From: Spongospora subterranea f. sp. subterranea
Taxonomy: Eukaryota
Direction of reading: 5' to 3'
DNA length: 64,000 nucleotides
Assembly (NCBI GenBank): GCA_049724395.1
Contig: JAUGWO010000078.1
Span: forward strand, 1-64,000
Every line of letters begins with the position of its first letter. The stretch's first letter is position 1. Made by a program: the position numbers and the translations under genes. Shown piece by piece: positions 38,022 to 53,046 of this stretch. The notes beneath the pieces are model-generated. The model worked only from the letters and a program-made list of their open reading frames with translations, was not told the origin of the DNA and did no database searches.

Positions 38022-38381
38022 CTTTTCCTTTACACACAGAAGATGCCCAACCCTACAGAACTATAGCCGTTGGGTGGTTTCCTTGGGCTCGTTTGCAAGT
38101 TATAAGTCTGTGTTAGATTACGGGAGGGGCTGCACATCAGCCAGCCGGCCCGGCCGGATCGGCACAAGGTATCCGTCAACCACAACGTACCGTACTGGGC
38201 GACGAATGAAATTTCCATGCGTGGCATACATTGACTAAACTGCAATGATGTCGTCAAAAGTGCCACGTGTTCAACTGTAGTCTCTGCTCAATCATCAGAT
38301 TGAGCTTTACAACGCCTGATTTATGTCTGCCAATATCAAATGGGCTGAATTCGCACAGTAATGAAATTTATCAGATTTTCT

Positions 38382-39263
38382 TCAGTTGATTAAAGGGCTA
38401 ATCAACGGTAATAGCGATGGATCTCGTTGTTGAATGATATGTAATATACGATCTAGACGATCATTATGGAGTGCGAGACGACCCTAGAATATACCACAGA
38501 ATTGGAAAAACAAGATTCCACAGCCAAATACAGTTTCTGAAACCTTGATGAGATTATATCGATATGTGACCATATCTCGTGTGGAATCATGACTAGGTTT
38601 CAGCAATGGTATAGATATCAGGTCCACGTATCTGAGATTGGCCATATTCTGCATAAATCGCAATTGGCCATTGCCGTCGCTATGAACCTGAGTTGTTTCA
38701 GTTCGAGAACATGAAAACAGATGTTGACGAGCTATGGCCATTCCAACCTCTAATATGGCGATGTTATCCTCCGCGTTATAAATACAGTCATTCATTGATT
38801 TGATCAATACACCACAGAGATCGCGAAACTCAATGTTCAGCTGCTGACCAGCACGGAACGACTGGAATTGATCAGGATCCAACAAAGCATACTGATAAAA
38901 AAATATATCGGATTCTGAGCTGACATCAAGGCGTATACAAGAGGGAGCAATATCGCTACCCTACACGGTTGATCATTAGAGTAGGACCTTGGGCAAACAT
39001 GTGAGCGTGTGATACCTTCAGGAATATCCTCATATTCACCGATTCGAGCTGTCCAGTGATGTCCTGATCGAGAGCGGGGTGACGCACCTCAACTGATATC
39101 TCCCTATCGAATAGGACGCGATATCCTTCTACAAGCCCACTAAGCTTGATGGGCAGGTACGATAACCATGATACCAGTGACCTGTAATTGGATCCTTATC
39201 GTATTCGCCTTTATCGCATTTCGTTGAGTTGGGACCCTCTCGATCCGGCCTGCTACTCATCAT
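38382..39263 (-). CDS. SAS6L: SAS-6-like protein (SAS6L), multi-exon; start uncertain
   Basis: Spliced DPITEGYRVLFDREISVEVR, QQLNIEFRDLCGVLIKSMNDCI, LRFMQNM, VTYRYNLIK and QQRDPSLL. Short, without the long coiled coil of SAS-6. Confidence 0.75.
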
Positions 39264-40653
39264 ACCAGAGCTTTTTTCTCCACAAACAACTTCGCCCTGG
39301 AAAGACGCCGTTGATGTGAAGATGGGCTGGTTTTGAGTGGCCATTATCCTTGGTAACACCTCCAGTGGCCAACTGCACTGCAGCTGCCCATCGATCCGTC
39401 ACAGTCTGTCCAACGCCTCGTTCCAGACTTGTCAGACGTAACCGTAACATGTAGATCATGGCCATGTTGGTCGCAATCATGATCACCCATCCTCAGTTCG
39501 ACATCTCGGAAACCGTCTCATGCCACAACATGGAAGGAATCCGCATCTCCAGCTTCGTGCGCCGAACGACGATAAAGCCGGGTTGCGACCAGTGAATGGA
39601 TCCGGTGTCCCAGAACCCCTAGTTAACAGCAATCGAAGACAGCGAGACATCGGTAAATCCGCACTCGACGACACCTCTGCCGAAGCATCTATGACCGCAT
39701 CCTCGGGTGTCCCGATTACGATTATCATCGCGTTTAGAACCAGATTGCGAATATGAGTCGCTTTGACCGCCAAGAATGCTAGTTTGGTTTGAGTTTTCCC
39801 GATGGATACAAACAGTGATGCCATGGCCTATCGATTCTTTAGTATGTGTATCTCCTTCTTGATAGTTTGGGCAATTTCACACTGCCGACAGGCACATCGA
39901 CAGATCTCGATCGTGGATTGTCGACACCGGAGCCACATCGTCTTTGAGCACGAACATCGTACCCACGTGCATAACTTTGCGAGCAACATGGCGTAGTCAG
40001 AGGCTGATCGGTTGAGTTCGCATTGGGCTGCTTGCACTTGACTTCGTGGTAGTGCATTTTCCGGCGTTGCGTCGGAGCTCGCCTTCTTTCCATCATACTG
40101 AAGTGTGGCTTTTGAAAGTCTGTTTCGAGCATTTTCGATACTCGGTTGATTGGTTGTTGGAGCTCTGTATTCGACGCGGGCTCAGCTGACATCATTGTCT
40201 CATAGGCTCCCATACATCGGGTTCCTATCGTCACTTCCTTGCTCCACAACTGCCAGTTGTGGTCACTTTGCCTTCATAACAGGCTCGTATCTCTACTTAT
40301 TTTGATTACTCTACTTACTTATAGTGATACATTCACTTCATTTACATCGATCAATTCGATACGTGCTCCGCTTCACCGATCAGTTCGGCACAATCTCACT
40401 GATCATTTCAGTGCAGCAGATAGCATCCATATCGCCTCTCTATAACCCCGTTATTAAAGCTGACTACCATATTTTGCCTATAAAGGAATCATGCCCAATC
40501 CCATAAAACCATCCTAGTGCTTTATACACACTTGATCGCCAAAGAAAGAGCTGGGATTGACATTCGTTGATAATGACACATTTTCAACCAAAACATGACT
40601 GGAGCCATGTACAACTCACCATACATGTATTTCGAAAGGGTTTTATAAAAATT

Positions 40654-42265
40654 TTAAAAATCCCGATTGTTGATGAAGGTGCGCATCATCTGTCGAGCAT
40701 TTGAGGGCTGGCTGGCTGGAACCATGTGCCCAGCCCCATTCACCGATAATTGTGTCAATTTCTCACCGACTCGTACAAACCCGGCAACCTCATTTTTCGA
40801 ATTATACCAGGGCCGGTGATGTTGGTTCAGATAATTCTCTCGCCCAGGCCATTCCTGCGAACGATAAACGTTTTCCGTTCCGATCAAGTTGCAAATGAAA
40901 TCGTCACCCCCATTGTAAACTAGAACTCTGACTTCGCCCAGAACTTGTTTCATTGCCGGAAACGCCGAGCGCATGATATCTGAGTCAAACGTTATCGCCA
41001 AGTTACCGTTGATCATACCGCGACAAACCGTCTTGTAGCGCGCTCATAACAGAATCGCTATCGCAGTTCCAAGACACATTCCCAACGTGGAAAGCGACTC
41101 GAACATCCTGTCGGTTCAGCCATGCGTAGAAAGGCAACGATTCTTCCGGGGTGAAATCACGAACGTTGTATATTGAGAAGTTGGCGCTACAATTCTGAAA
41201 ATCATGTTAACGCTTTCAAAAACAGAGCTGAAAATCATGTACCTGAATATAGTTAACGAGGGAATCCCAATTCTGTGCAGCTCCGGTGTAATTATGTCCC
41301 TGGATCTGTTCTACGATAGCGGAGGTCATCCGCGAACTCGTTTCGGACTGCCGTTCATCAATCAGGCCATTGGCGAATGCGAAATCGACGTAGTGAGCAA
41401 CTTGAATCTGGGGGTGTGTCCATCCATTTCCACAAGCGATGCCTTTCAAAGGGATTTTGAAGTCGTGCCCCGGATTGCGATTGAAATCCAAAATTGTTTT
41501 GGCAACTGTTGGGGCATATTTTCCTCCATATGATTCGCCGAAAATGAAGAGGTCGGAAGTTTGTAGGGAGGAATGGCGCTGATAAAATACCTCCAGGAAA
41601 AGCATCAAATCGCGGCTAACATCGGTTTGGTAATGGTCAAACGAAGAAGGATCATCGGGAAACGAGAAACCAGTTCCGACAGGATTATCGACGAACAACA
41701 GGTTGGCGTCATTGTGCCATGAATCCGGACGATCGACCACTTTCATATCAGCGAGTACTTCGTAGGGTCCGATTTCGGCAAATGCCCCGAATAGCGATGA
41801 GCTCCCTGGTCCTGAAGCAATGACGAAGGGTCATGATCGTAAAGAATACCGGTCCGGTAGTACGTTGAAAATACCTCCTTGCATCCACCAAAGGAGTGGT
41901 TTAGCAGGGTCAACCCCGATAAGGTAATAGAAGAGGTGTTTCTGATTACCGGGAGGACCAACGGATACATATCCTGAGAATTGATCCTCTTCAGGTTTGC
42001 CATACCCAGGAATAAAACCAATTTGGCCCCATTCTTTGATCGATGAAGCCGTTTTATCCCAATTAGTACGACCGTGTCGAGCGAACACCTCCTTTCTACG
42101 CTGAGCTTGGCCCCAGTATGTTGCTGCCTTTGCAATATAATTCTCGGCATTGGGTATATCGAGCAGCAGCATCTCCTCATCGAACTGAAACTGAACGGTG
42201 CCACTGATAACACATGCGGAGACTATGGCAATGCCGATAACCCATATGATTTGCATTTTGAGCAT
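40654..42265 (-). CDS. Secreted serine carboxypeptidase (S10), copy 1, four exons
   Basis: Signal peptide, spliced WMQGGPG, FVDNPVGTGFS, GESYGG, DFICN and AGHMVP. Confidence 0.95.
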
Positions 42266-43589
42266 TGAAATCAACTATGGAGGATATCCGGTTTCCCGAT
42301 GCCTTCGCTACCCCCTGGCCCATGGCGCCGTCCGGTCGTTTTGTATCCGTGACCCCGTGTGTACCTGTTACCGCCCAGTACTGTACACACTTAAGCCGCG
42401 TCCACGTAATGACCCGGTCCGTACTGTGGGGCGCGTTGTTATCGCACCCCGTATGCAGATTGTCCTTTATCAGGACATCTTACATCATGACGGTACCTTT
42501 GCCGGCTCATTACAGCTCTATTTCAATCAAGAGGCCTTTGTAATGAGGCAGCGATGACATGTTGAAATTGCGAGTGATCATTTCTTGGATTGCGGAGCCG
42601 TGGAAACCCTCGTTGCAAAGGGTTATGGGCCCAGACCTCGCAAGCGGCGACCGAGTCAGAGACACAGGGGATAACAAGGAGCATACACATGACGAGGATA
42701 CAGTCATCGGTTAGGGAAGTTCACCGGTAATAGGTTATCGGATGACAATTGATTGATATGGTCGTGGGAATTCCTACTGGCGGCTGGCAAATACGGCGTC
42801 ATGGGGATCATTGAGGAATCCGAGACGGAGTCATCGACGACAAGAGCAGGTTCATTACCATGTACCCAATATCCAAAAATTCTGACTCTTGGCAAGTTCA
42901 AGGAATTCGTGGCCGCATTAGAAGCTGAAAACGGACGGCTAAAGATCCAACGACTGAAATCGTACAAAGGCGGGGAGCGCACAAGTGAAGCCATCCGCAA
43001 CCTGTGCAAGAGCAAAGGAATCAGGGGGACTACACTAACCCTCATACATCCCATCAGCACGGCGTGGCCGAGCGGCACCATCTCAGAAGGCGCAGGTGCA
43101 TTGATGCAGGGAGCTGAGATGCCTTGACAAACATCGCTGGTTGTACTCAATCCGCTGCACGTGAAGATCAAGGGTCGACCAAAACAAAAACGCACCCGAG
43201 AAAAGCGTCGCTGAGTCGCAGCGGCAAAGGAAGCAAAAGGTCCTTTGCGATAAGCAACTGCCACGCCTAACGATCAAAATAGATGACGAGCAAGAAGTCG
43301 AAGAGAAGAGTTGCGGTTAGCAGCGTGGTCGGACTCGCTTCGGCCGCAGTTAACGGTTCCAACAGACGCTGTCGATATGTTTTGACAATATCCAATAATC
43401 ACTAAAACAGAGCGAGAAAGTTTCAACCTTCAAAGTTTATTCGATTTAATTTCGTGAGAAATTTTACAGTCGGGCTCTAGAACAAGCTACAGTTCGCTTT
43501 AGGTAGAATAGATCAAATATAGTTTGAGCTGTTGAAATACTTAGGGTTTTAGTAATAAGATAAATAGGAAGACAGGTCTTTGCAGTAAT

Positions 43590-43907
<318 letters not shown>

Positions 43908-44212
43908 TCAGTGTAAGCAGAAACAGGTTCACACCTAACTGCGATGATAAGATTATGAGGTTGGAGTACAGTTAGGGTTCCAGAGGACTAGATCACCCAA
44001 GTCTCAACCCCTGGTCAGCTTGAAAACCTGTCAACTACTGCCTGACTGATTCATGTAAAAATGGCGCGTTAATTTCAAATTTCGACGCAAACTGTACTCC
44101 TGTGGTTTGTGTATACATGGAGCATGTGCTCAAGTCGTGAACTGATTGGTGGAATTATTGGGCGCGTGAATCCTCAGACAGGGAGGAGAAACAAGGCGCG
44201 CGGGGAGTGTTT

Positions 44213-44248
44213 CCCCGCCCAGTGCCCCGCCCAGTGCCCCGCCCAGTG
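44213..44248 (+). promoter_or_regulatory. Three exact tandem GC boxes in the bidirectional H4/H3 promoter
   Basis: CCCCGCCCAGTG x3; reverse CCAAT (ATTGG) near 44144 and 44157. Confidence 0.6.
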
Positions 44249-44375
44249 CAGTTATCGACTGGCCGTGTGCCGAGGGTAGAAACAGGGTGAGCCGTGAGGG
44301 ACCCGGGACCAAACCGGCAATTCTCGCATTACCTCGATCATAATCATAATCGCCTGTGTTTGTTCGTTGATATAA

Positions 44376-44807
<432 letters not shown>

Positions 44808-44944
44808 ATTTGAAAATAGTAAATAAATATTGCTAATATTGTAACTGACTTCGTGACTTTTTACAAGAAGAGTATGGGCAACTTAGGATAACGTTTTTAC
44901 TTCACGATCAGGTTTGGTTGTTGTATGAGACATTGAGGGCAAAC

Positions 44945-46546
44945 TCAAAATTCACCGTGAAGAAAAGTTTGCAGCAGTTGCCGAGCGTTTGATGGTTGAT
45001 CAGTTGGAACCATATGACCAGCTGAATTCACCGATAATTGTGTAAACACCCCAGCTTTGCGAACAAACCCGGCGACCTCCTTATTCGAGTTATACCACGG
45101 TCGTCGATCTGCTTTCAAGTACTGGCCTTGGCCCGTCCACTGCAATGAGAGATACACTTCCTCTGTTCCAATGAGATTGCAGATAAAATCGTCCCCGCCG
45201 TTGTAGACCAGGACTTTTATTTCATTGCTTTCCAAAACCTCCTTCATGGCTGGAAGCGCAGAACGCATAATATCTGAAAATTTGAAATGTGAAAATGAAT
45301 ATTATCAACAACAAAAACATTACCGTCTTCTAAAGCTTTCATAACAGCATCACTATCAAAACCCCAACTAATATTTCCAACGTGAAAAGCATGGCGAACA
45401 TCGGGTTTGTTCAGCCAATCATAGAAGGGAAGAGGCTTTTCCTCTGTGAACTCACGAACATTGTATGGCGAGAAATTGGCACCGCATTTCTGAAAATGGA
45501 GTTAAAAAAAAACGGCAGTAAAAACTGAAAACTTCATAATTGAAACCTGGATATAGTCGACCAACGAATCACAGCTCTGTGAAGCCTTAGTGAAGTTTTT
45601 TGCTTGAACCATTTTGTAAACCTCATGCGCAAGTCCCGATGCGGTAGCCGCCTGTCGTTCGTCGATCAGCCCTTTCATAAATGCGACATCGTCATAATGC
45701 ATGAGTTGAGTTTCGGGATGTGTCCATCCATTTCCAACGGCAATACCCGCCAAGCGGAGCGATAAGTCAGGGCTAACATTTCGGTTGTGCTCCAAAATAG
45801 CTCGGGCCAGAGACGGAACATACTTCCCTCCATACGACTCGCCGAAAATGAAAAAATCAGTCTCTCGTAGTTCGGAATGGCGCCGATAAAATATCTGCAG
45901 AAAGTCGACCAAGTCGTTGGCGATAGTGACCTCATTATGATCCAAGGACGTTGGCTTATCGGAGAAGGAGAACCCGGTGCCGACAGGATTGTCGATAAAC
46001 AGCAAATTGGCATCTTGGTGCCAGGACTCAATGCGCTCAGTAACTGTCATATCGTCGTGAACTTCGTAGGGCCCGATTTCCGCAAAACTTCCATAAAGCG
46101 ACGAGACCCCAGGCCCTTTCGTTGAATTAGCACATACGTGGAGATGTTGGAAAACAGATTAGCATACCTCCTTGCAACCACAAGACAGTGGGTTTAGCTG
46201 GATCCAAGCCAACAAGGTAATAAAACAGATGTTTCTGGTCATTTGGCTCACCAAAGGATATATATCCAGAGTATTGCTTCTCTTTCGATTCCCCATATCC
46301 AGGAATCCACTTAACCTGACCCCATTCCTTGGAGAATTGAGGCACCCCAGCAGAGGTCGAACGAGATCGGTGGCCGAATACTTGACTTCGGCGTCGAGCC
46401 TGGCCCCAGAATGTCGGTGCTGATGCTATATAGGCTTCAGCCGCAGGAATATCGAGAATCAACTCATCCTCGACCGGGGTTCCAGCATCACCACCACTAA
46501 CTGATACGGCAACGGCTAAGCACAGGACCCAGAAGGCAGACATCAT
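44945..46546 (-). CDS. Secreted serine carboxypeptidase (S10), copy 2, four exons
   Basis: Signal peptide, spliced WLQGGPG, FIDNPVGTGFS, GESYGG, DFICN and AGHMVP; same three intron positions as copy 1. Confidence 0.95.
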
Positions 46547-47902
46547 GAACACGTGGCTACGATGAAAACCGTTTCCGGCCTAAACTTATTGTGCAGTGTT
46601 GCGGACGACCATTCATGGCGCCAGCACAGTGCCAGTCAAACCCTTTACTGTGGTACTGTTGCCTGATGACGCACCTCACGTTACCGGAACCCGACGGCCA
46701 CGTCCGTTCTCCTCTATGTTTAAGGTTGCCCGGAACCCGATTCTCTCTACAGTACTCAAATGACATCCACCTTTGAAATTAGGTGGATTTGTTGTTGAAA
46801 AATCACCGGTACAGTAGTTTTCCAAAAGAAGCTCAAATCACTGATGTCCGTATGACACTTAAAAAAAAACAACAAAGCTGCTGAGTTTTGGTTCTATGTT
46901 GGTTCATCAAATACATGGTCGAGCAGTTCAGACCTTCAAAAAAGCTCCGGAACCGACTAAAGTCGCAACGAATTGGCTTCTGTATCCTGAGCGGTGCTAG
47001 TCTTCCCGCTTCTCCCTTTTGTGTTTCCAGATCAGCATGCGCTCTTGGAACTCCATCTCCTAATTGACTCCTCCAATGCGTTTGCTTTCGCCTGAGATTC
47101 AACAAAGCTCCCAATAAAAGCAACTTTTTTTTCACCCAACGCGATCGCTTCGGATTGTTTTCTGGGTCATTCTATAAAAAATGTAATCAGGTTTGGACGG
47201 TATAGCTCTCCACCGGAGTTGCGAAGCGGCACAAGCGCTTCAATCCCGAAAATCAGAGATGGGTAGGCGATCAAGAGAAACGGCCTAAGGGTCAGGCCAA
47301 TGCCAGTTGCGTTGCTCGGTTAGTGCGAGGTAAGACGTTCCCTCAGCTCTATTTCGCAATCCCGGCAGTCAGTGATGTCCAAGAATGCTATGCTTTCCCA
47401 AAGCGGGCGCAGACCTCATGAGATGGTAATCGAGGCCCGTCGACCCCAGTTGTATCGTCGGTAATAAAACAACTGTTGGAAATCGTCAAGCAATGCCACG
47501 CTTGCAGGAATCAGGCTGCTGGTCGTCGGTGATAACACAAATGTTGGAAATCGTCAGGCTGCTGGTGATTTTATCGAAATGCAATCGGAAGCATTGTTTT
47601 ATTTCGTGAATCGACTAAACGTTTGGAAATGGGGCTAAGTGCTAATGTGCTCACTATTTTCAGACCAACATCAACTCGTTCGATAACTGGATTTGCCATA
47701 GGTTTTAGTACGTGATCTGGTCACCCACTGGGGGTTCTGTAAAACCAGTCGGTCACTCTGCGGTTGCCATGAATCAACCGTCATAGAGTGTGATATTTTT
47801 TGATTCACCTAAGGTGCGGTGTGATGAAAGACATAAGTGGTACCAACGGCTCCTTACCTGGCTTGACAACCTGTTTTATCCCATTCCGTTAAAGGTTTGA
47901 CA

Positions 47903-48782
47903 ATGAGGGCAACTATTGTGGTTTGTTTAATTGCGGTTATATCCTATGCTGTCGCAGAGAACTGTGGTCCGCTAGGTGGAAATGTTAGATGTGGTGGAAA
48001 AAACTGTTGTAGTAGATTCGGATGGTAAGAAAGCGATTGCTACACAACGTCCTGCCAACTCTTATTCGCCGATCAACAGGTGTGGTGCCACCGATGCGCA
48101 TTGCGATCCGGCCACCTGCAATAAACAATTTAGTGCCCCAGCGTCTTCCTGCGCTTCACAAGGTTAGTGCAAACCCAGGGCAACCGCATCCGACCGTCTC
48201 CAATCTGACTCTTGAACCACAGCAACGAATCCATTGCCATCTGATAGCCCTTTCAAGGTTCCAAATATTGATGTTTGTGGTGGTTCCAGTGGCATCCACT
48301 GTCCTGGTGCAGGACAGGATTCGTATTTCTATCGATGCTGTTCTGTGAATGGTAAACAGGGTCTCTTAGATCTTTTGCAATCAGACTTGTAAATCGATTT
48401 ATAGGTCATTAGCGGTCCTAAAAACGACATTCAACAACAAGAATTGTATTGTGGAGCTGGTTGTCAGGGCGCTTTTGGTAATTGCGATACCAATCGTCCA
48501 CGTCCTGCATCGCCAACTGGCCCAGCTAAAGTAGTGGGGGCTGGAGGAAATTGTGGCCCTATCGTGAATACCAGATGTGCTGACGGTAATCACTTTCTTG
48601 CGCCAGTTGACCATTTTGTGATGAGTTTCTGGTACTAGGACTATGCTGTAGCGGCAGCAACTTTTGTGGAACAGGAGTAGATTACTGTGGGGCCGCAAAC
48701 TGGTGCCAGGTATTTTCAGATGTTGCACATTATCAGTACGCTACTTATACTATCATAGGCAAAATGGGGTCGTTGCGATTAA
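47903..48782 (+). CDS. Secreted Cys-rich chitin-binding protein with three CBM18/hevein-like modules; one-base insertion at 48411
   Basis: Signal peptide MRATIVVCLIAVISYAVA; spliced CGPLGGNVRCGGKNCCSRFGWCG, YRCCSVNGH(C)GPK...YCGAGCQGAFGNC and CGPIVNTRCADGLCCSGSNFCGTGVDYCG...KWGRCD. Confidence 0.85.
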
Positions 48783-48869
48783 ACCAATTCAACTCTCTTG
48801 CAGTCAGCTCAATAACAATTTGAAAATAAACAATGCGAAGTCAAAGATGTTATAAATTGACAGGGCAGT

Positions 48870-50668
<1,799 letters not shown>

Positions 50669-51029
50669 CGTCGTTGATGGAAGCGAAACTCCCTTAAATG
50701 TGAATGGACACTTTAGAGTGGATATACCATATACTGTACACACCTGTCAGCCGTTGTTCCACTTGCGGCTATGACGAACATTGCAGAATGCAGTGCCCGT
50801 ACCGTAAAAACATGAACAAGGCGAGTGGCGCAATGCGAAACGTCGGATCGGACCCGAAAATAACTCTACGTATTGTTTGGTCAACGGTGAAGTGTAAACT
50901 CGGCAAATCGTGATCTTGTTGTCGCCAATCAATCAGATAAAGCTTAGAACCATTTTTCGCTTCGCGATTTGATAAGGTTGTTGCTACGTATTTGAGTAAC
51001 TATTTATTTTTTGGCGCCTGAGCGATGCT

Positions 51030-51924
51030 TCAACTGGGATTGAATAACACGGAGGCGCATCCGTAAGCGGCGATCCCTTGCAAGAAAATCCCGTTCGCTA
51101 TTGAATGTGCGACGATGATCGGCTTTTCTTGCGATCTAAGCAGAAACATGTAGACCCATGCACAATACCAATGGTGAAGATGAACCCCTCGAGGTAATAA
51201 CGCCCACAGAATCGCATGGAATAAGAGGACCAGAATGATCGACGATAAGTACAATTGACCATAGGATTTCGAATACTTAGTCGTCAACATCCACTGATAA
51301 ACGAGAAATGCAATCAAGAAGAACGCCGCCACAGAATAGCCAATAATCGTGGGGATCGACCAATGCTGCATTGATCGATACGATAGCGCCGTCTGGAACA
51401 TTGGAACTTCGCAGATCAACGTGAACACGAACGCTGATACCATAATTAGGGCGATGTAGGCCGTCCTTAATACGTGGGTTAACGCCACCGACCCAAGCAG
51501 ATACGCCGTCGACGAGCAATGGGCAAGGACTGAGCACCGTCAACAGAGGGGTTAGCACAATCGTGTTCGAGATTCAGGGATGAAACATACGCAGGTAGTT
51601 ATTGAACAGATCGGCGGGCTTGAACACGTTCTGATCGCTGGGCAGACCCGACTTTACGATTGCTAATCGCAATATGAGATGGCACAAACACATTAATATG
51701 ACATAGGCTAATAGCTCAGCCCAATTCGACGGAATCCCATCCAGCATTAGATTCCTCAGGCCCTTCTTCTTCCTGAAATTCCCTCTTCGCGTTGGCCGAA
51801 TCTCCAACAGCGGCACCGATTGGCCCGTGCGACCTCTCTCGTCTTCCTCGTCCGGGGGGAGATTCTCGTCCTGGTGACCGGCCGCAACATAGCGCGGCGA
51901 GATCTCTTCGGCAAACGCCTGCAT
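51030..51924 (-). CDS. Hypothetical multi-pass membrane protein with an HLHHW motif, two exons
   Basis: ORFs 51574-51945 and 51030-51488 join in frame through a GT-AG intron at ~51532-51590; several hydrophobic segments. Confidence 0.7.
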
Positions 51925-53046
51925 TGGCAGCGGGCGATCCGCCAATCAATCTGGGAGGTGGTGATCCCGGTGATGATGAGCAGGGTGCAGATGATGATGG
52001 TGGTACGGTCTTCACGGTCCGATATTTTACTAGCGGATTGCGTTAAGGAATTACGGATTCTCAGGATATAAAGGGCCAACATTGCCTTTAAAGTGGGCGC
52101 CCAACACTGTGAATGGGGAAAAAGACAACCATCCGTTTCAGTAGAGATAAGACTTTTTTAGTCGAGGGTTTTATGAAAGTGGCCCTCAGACTCAATCGCG
52201 AAAAGGGCAAGTCCTTTACGGAGCGTTGTAGTTTAGTTGAATGGCTGTTGGGCACCTGGTTGAATGTGTCTCCGAATCGGGTCCGGTTTTAGCGTTCGTG
52301 GCGCTATGGAAGATGGAGTTGCTCTCCTTTGTACGTAGTTGCCCCGTAATATCAAGAAATCGGAATCGCTTCTCAGAGCTAGATCATGTCTTTCCGAAAC
52401 CGTTGGTTCCTTAAGCAATGGCCTTTGCCCTTGGTAATCGACTTACATCGTCTTAGTTGCTGAGCTGCCGCTTCGCTTTGTAGAATAAGATCGACCGATT
52501 TACTGTGCAGCAGCATTTCCCCAAGTGCACCTTTGAAACTAGAAAAGAGCAGCAAGGTCGCATTTACCTAATGCTGGTCCGGCTGTTTGGGCGACCAGAA
52601 TGCGCGTTCATGAAAAGATTACTCCAATCCATTTGTTTTGAAACAATGTGCTGGGACATGAAGCGAATTATTATTGAGCCAAAGAGAATGTCATGGAAAG
52701 TCTCAATTCCCTTATAAACGGGAATCTGGTTGATCCCATTCTACCAAATTGACAACACGAGTACATTCGCTTGAAAGAAGGATCACTGACGAAATTGAGC
52801 AGCGAGAAGGCACTGTGTTTTGAAAGCGAAATATGGAGCCTAGAGCCCCAGTGTTTCGCTCTTATCTCGCTTTCAAAAACAGCATTGTTCCCTGCTCAGT
52901 CTCGCCATTGACCCCTCGATTCAAGCGAATGTAACTGTGCACAACGCATTGGGCGAAAACTAAATCGTCTTGAAATTGTGTCATCGTTCCACATCTGAAA
53001 CGCATTCCAATGTGAATAAAAAGATCAACTGTCAATGTGTAATCGA

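Noticed and set aside
39300..40400. Minus-strand ORF fragments upstream of SAS6L
   Set aside because: The frames do not join cleanly and no domain is recognised.
42560..43320. Possible Mutator-like transposase remnant (NPLHVKIKGRP-like tail)
   Set aside because: One short motif only, in a broken frame with no catalytic core or TIR.
47455..47559. Two 37-bp direct repeats 68 bp apart
   Set aside because: Only two diverged copies; most likely a local duplication.
52543..53016. A + strand frame of ~158 codons interrupted only by five TGA codons
   Set aside because: No recognisable protein, other genes here use TGA as stop, and chance across six frames is a sufficient explanation.
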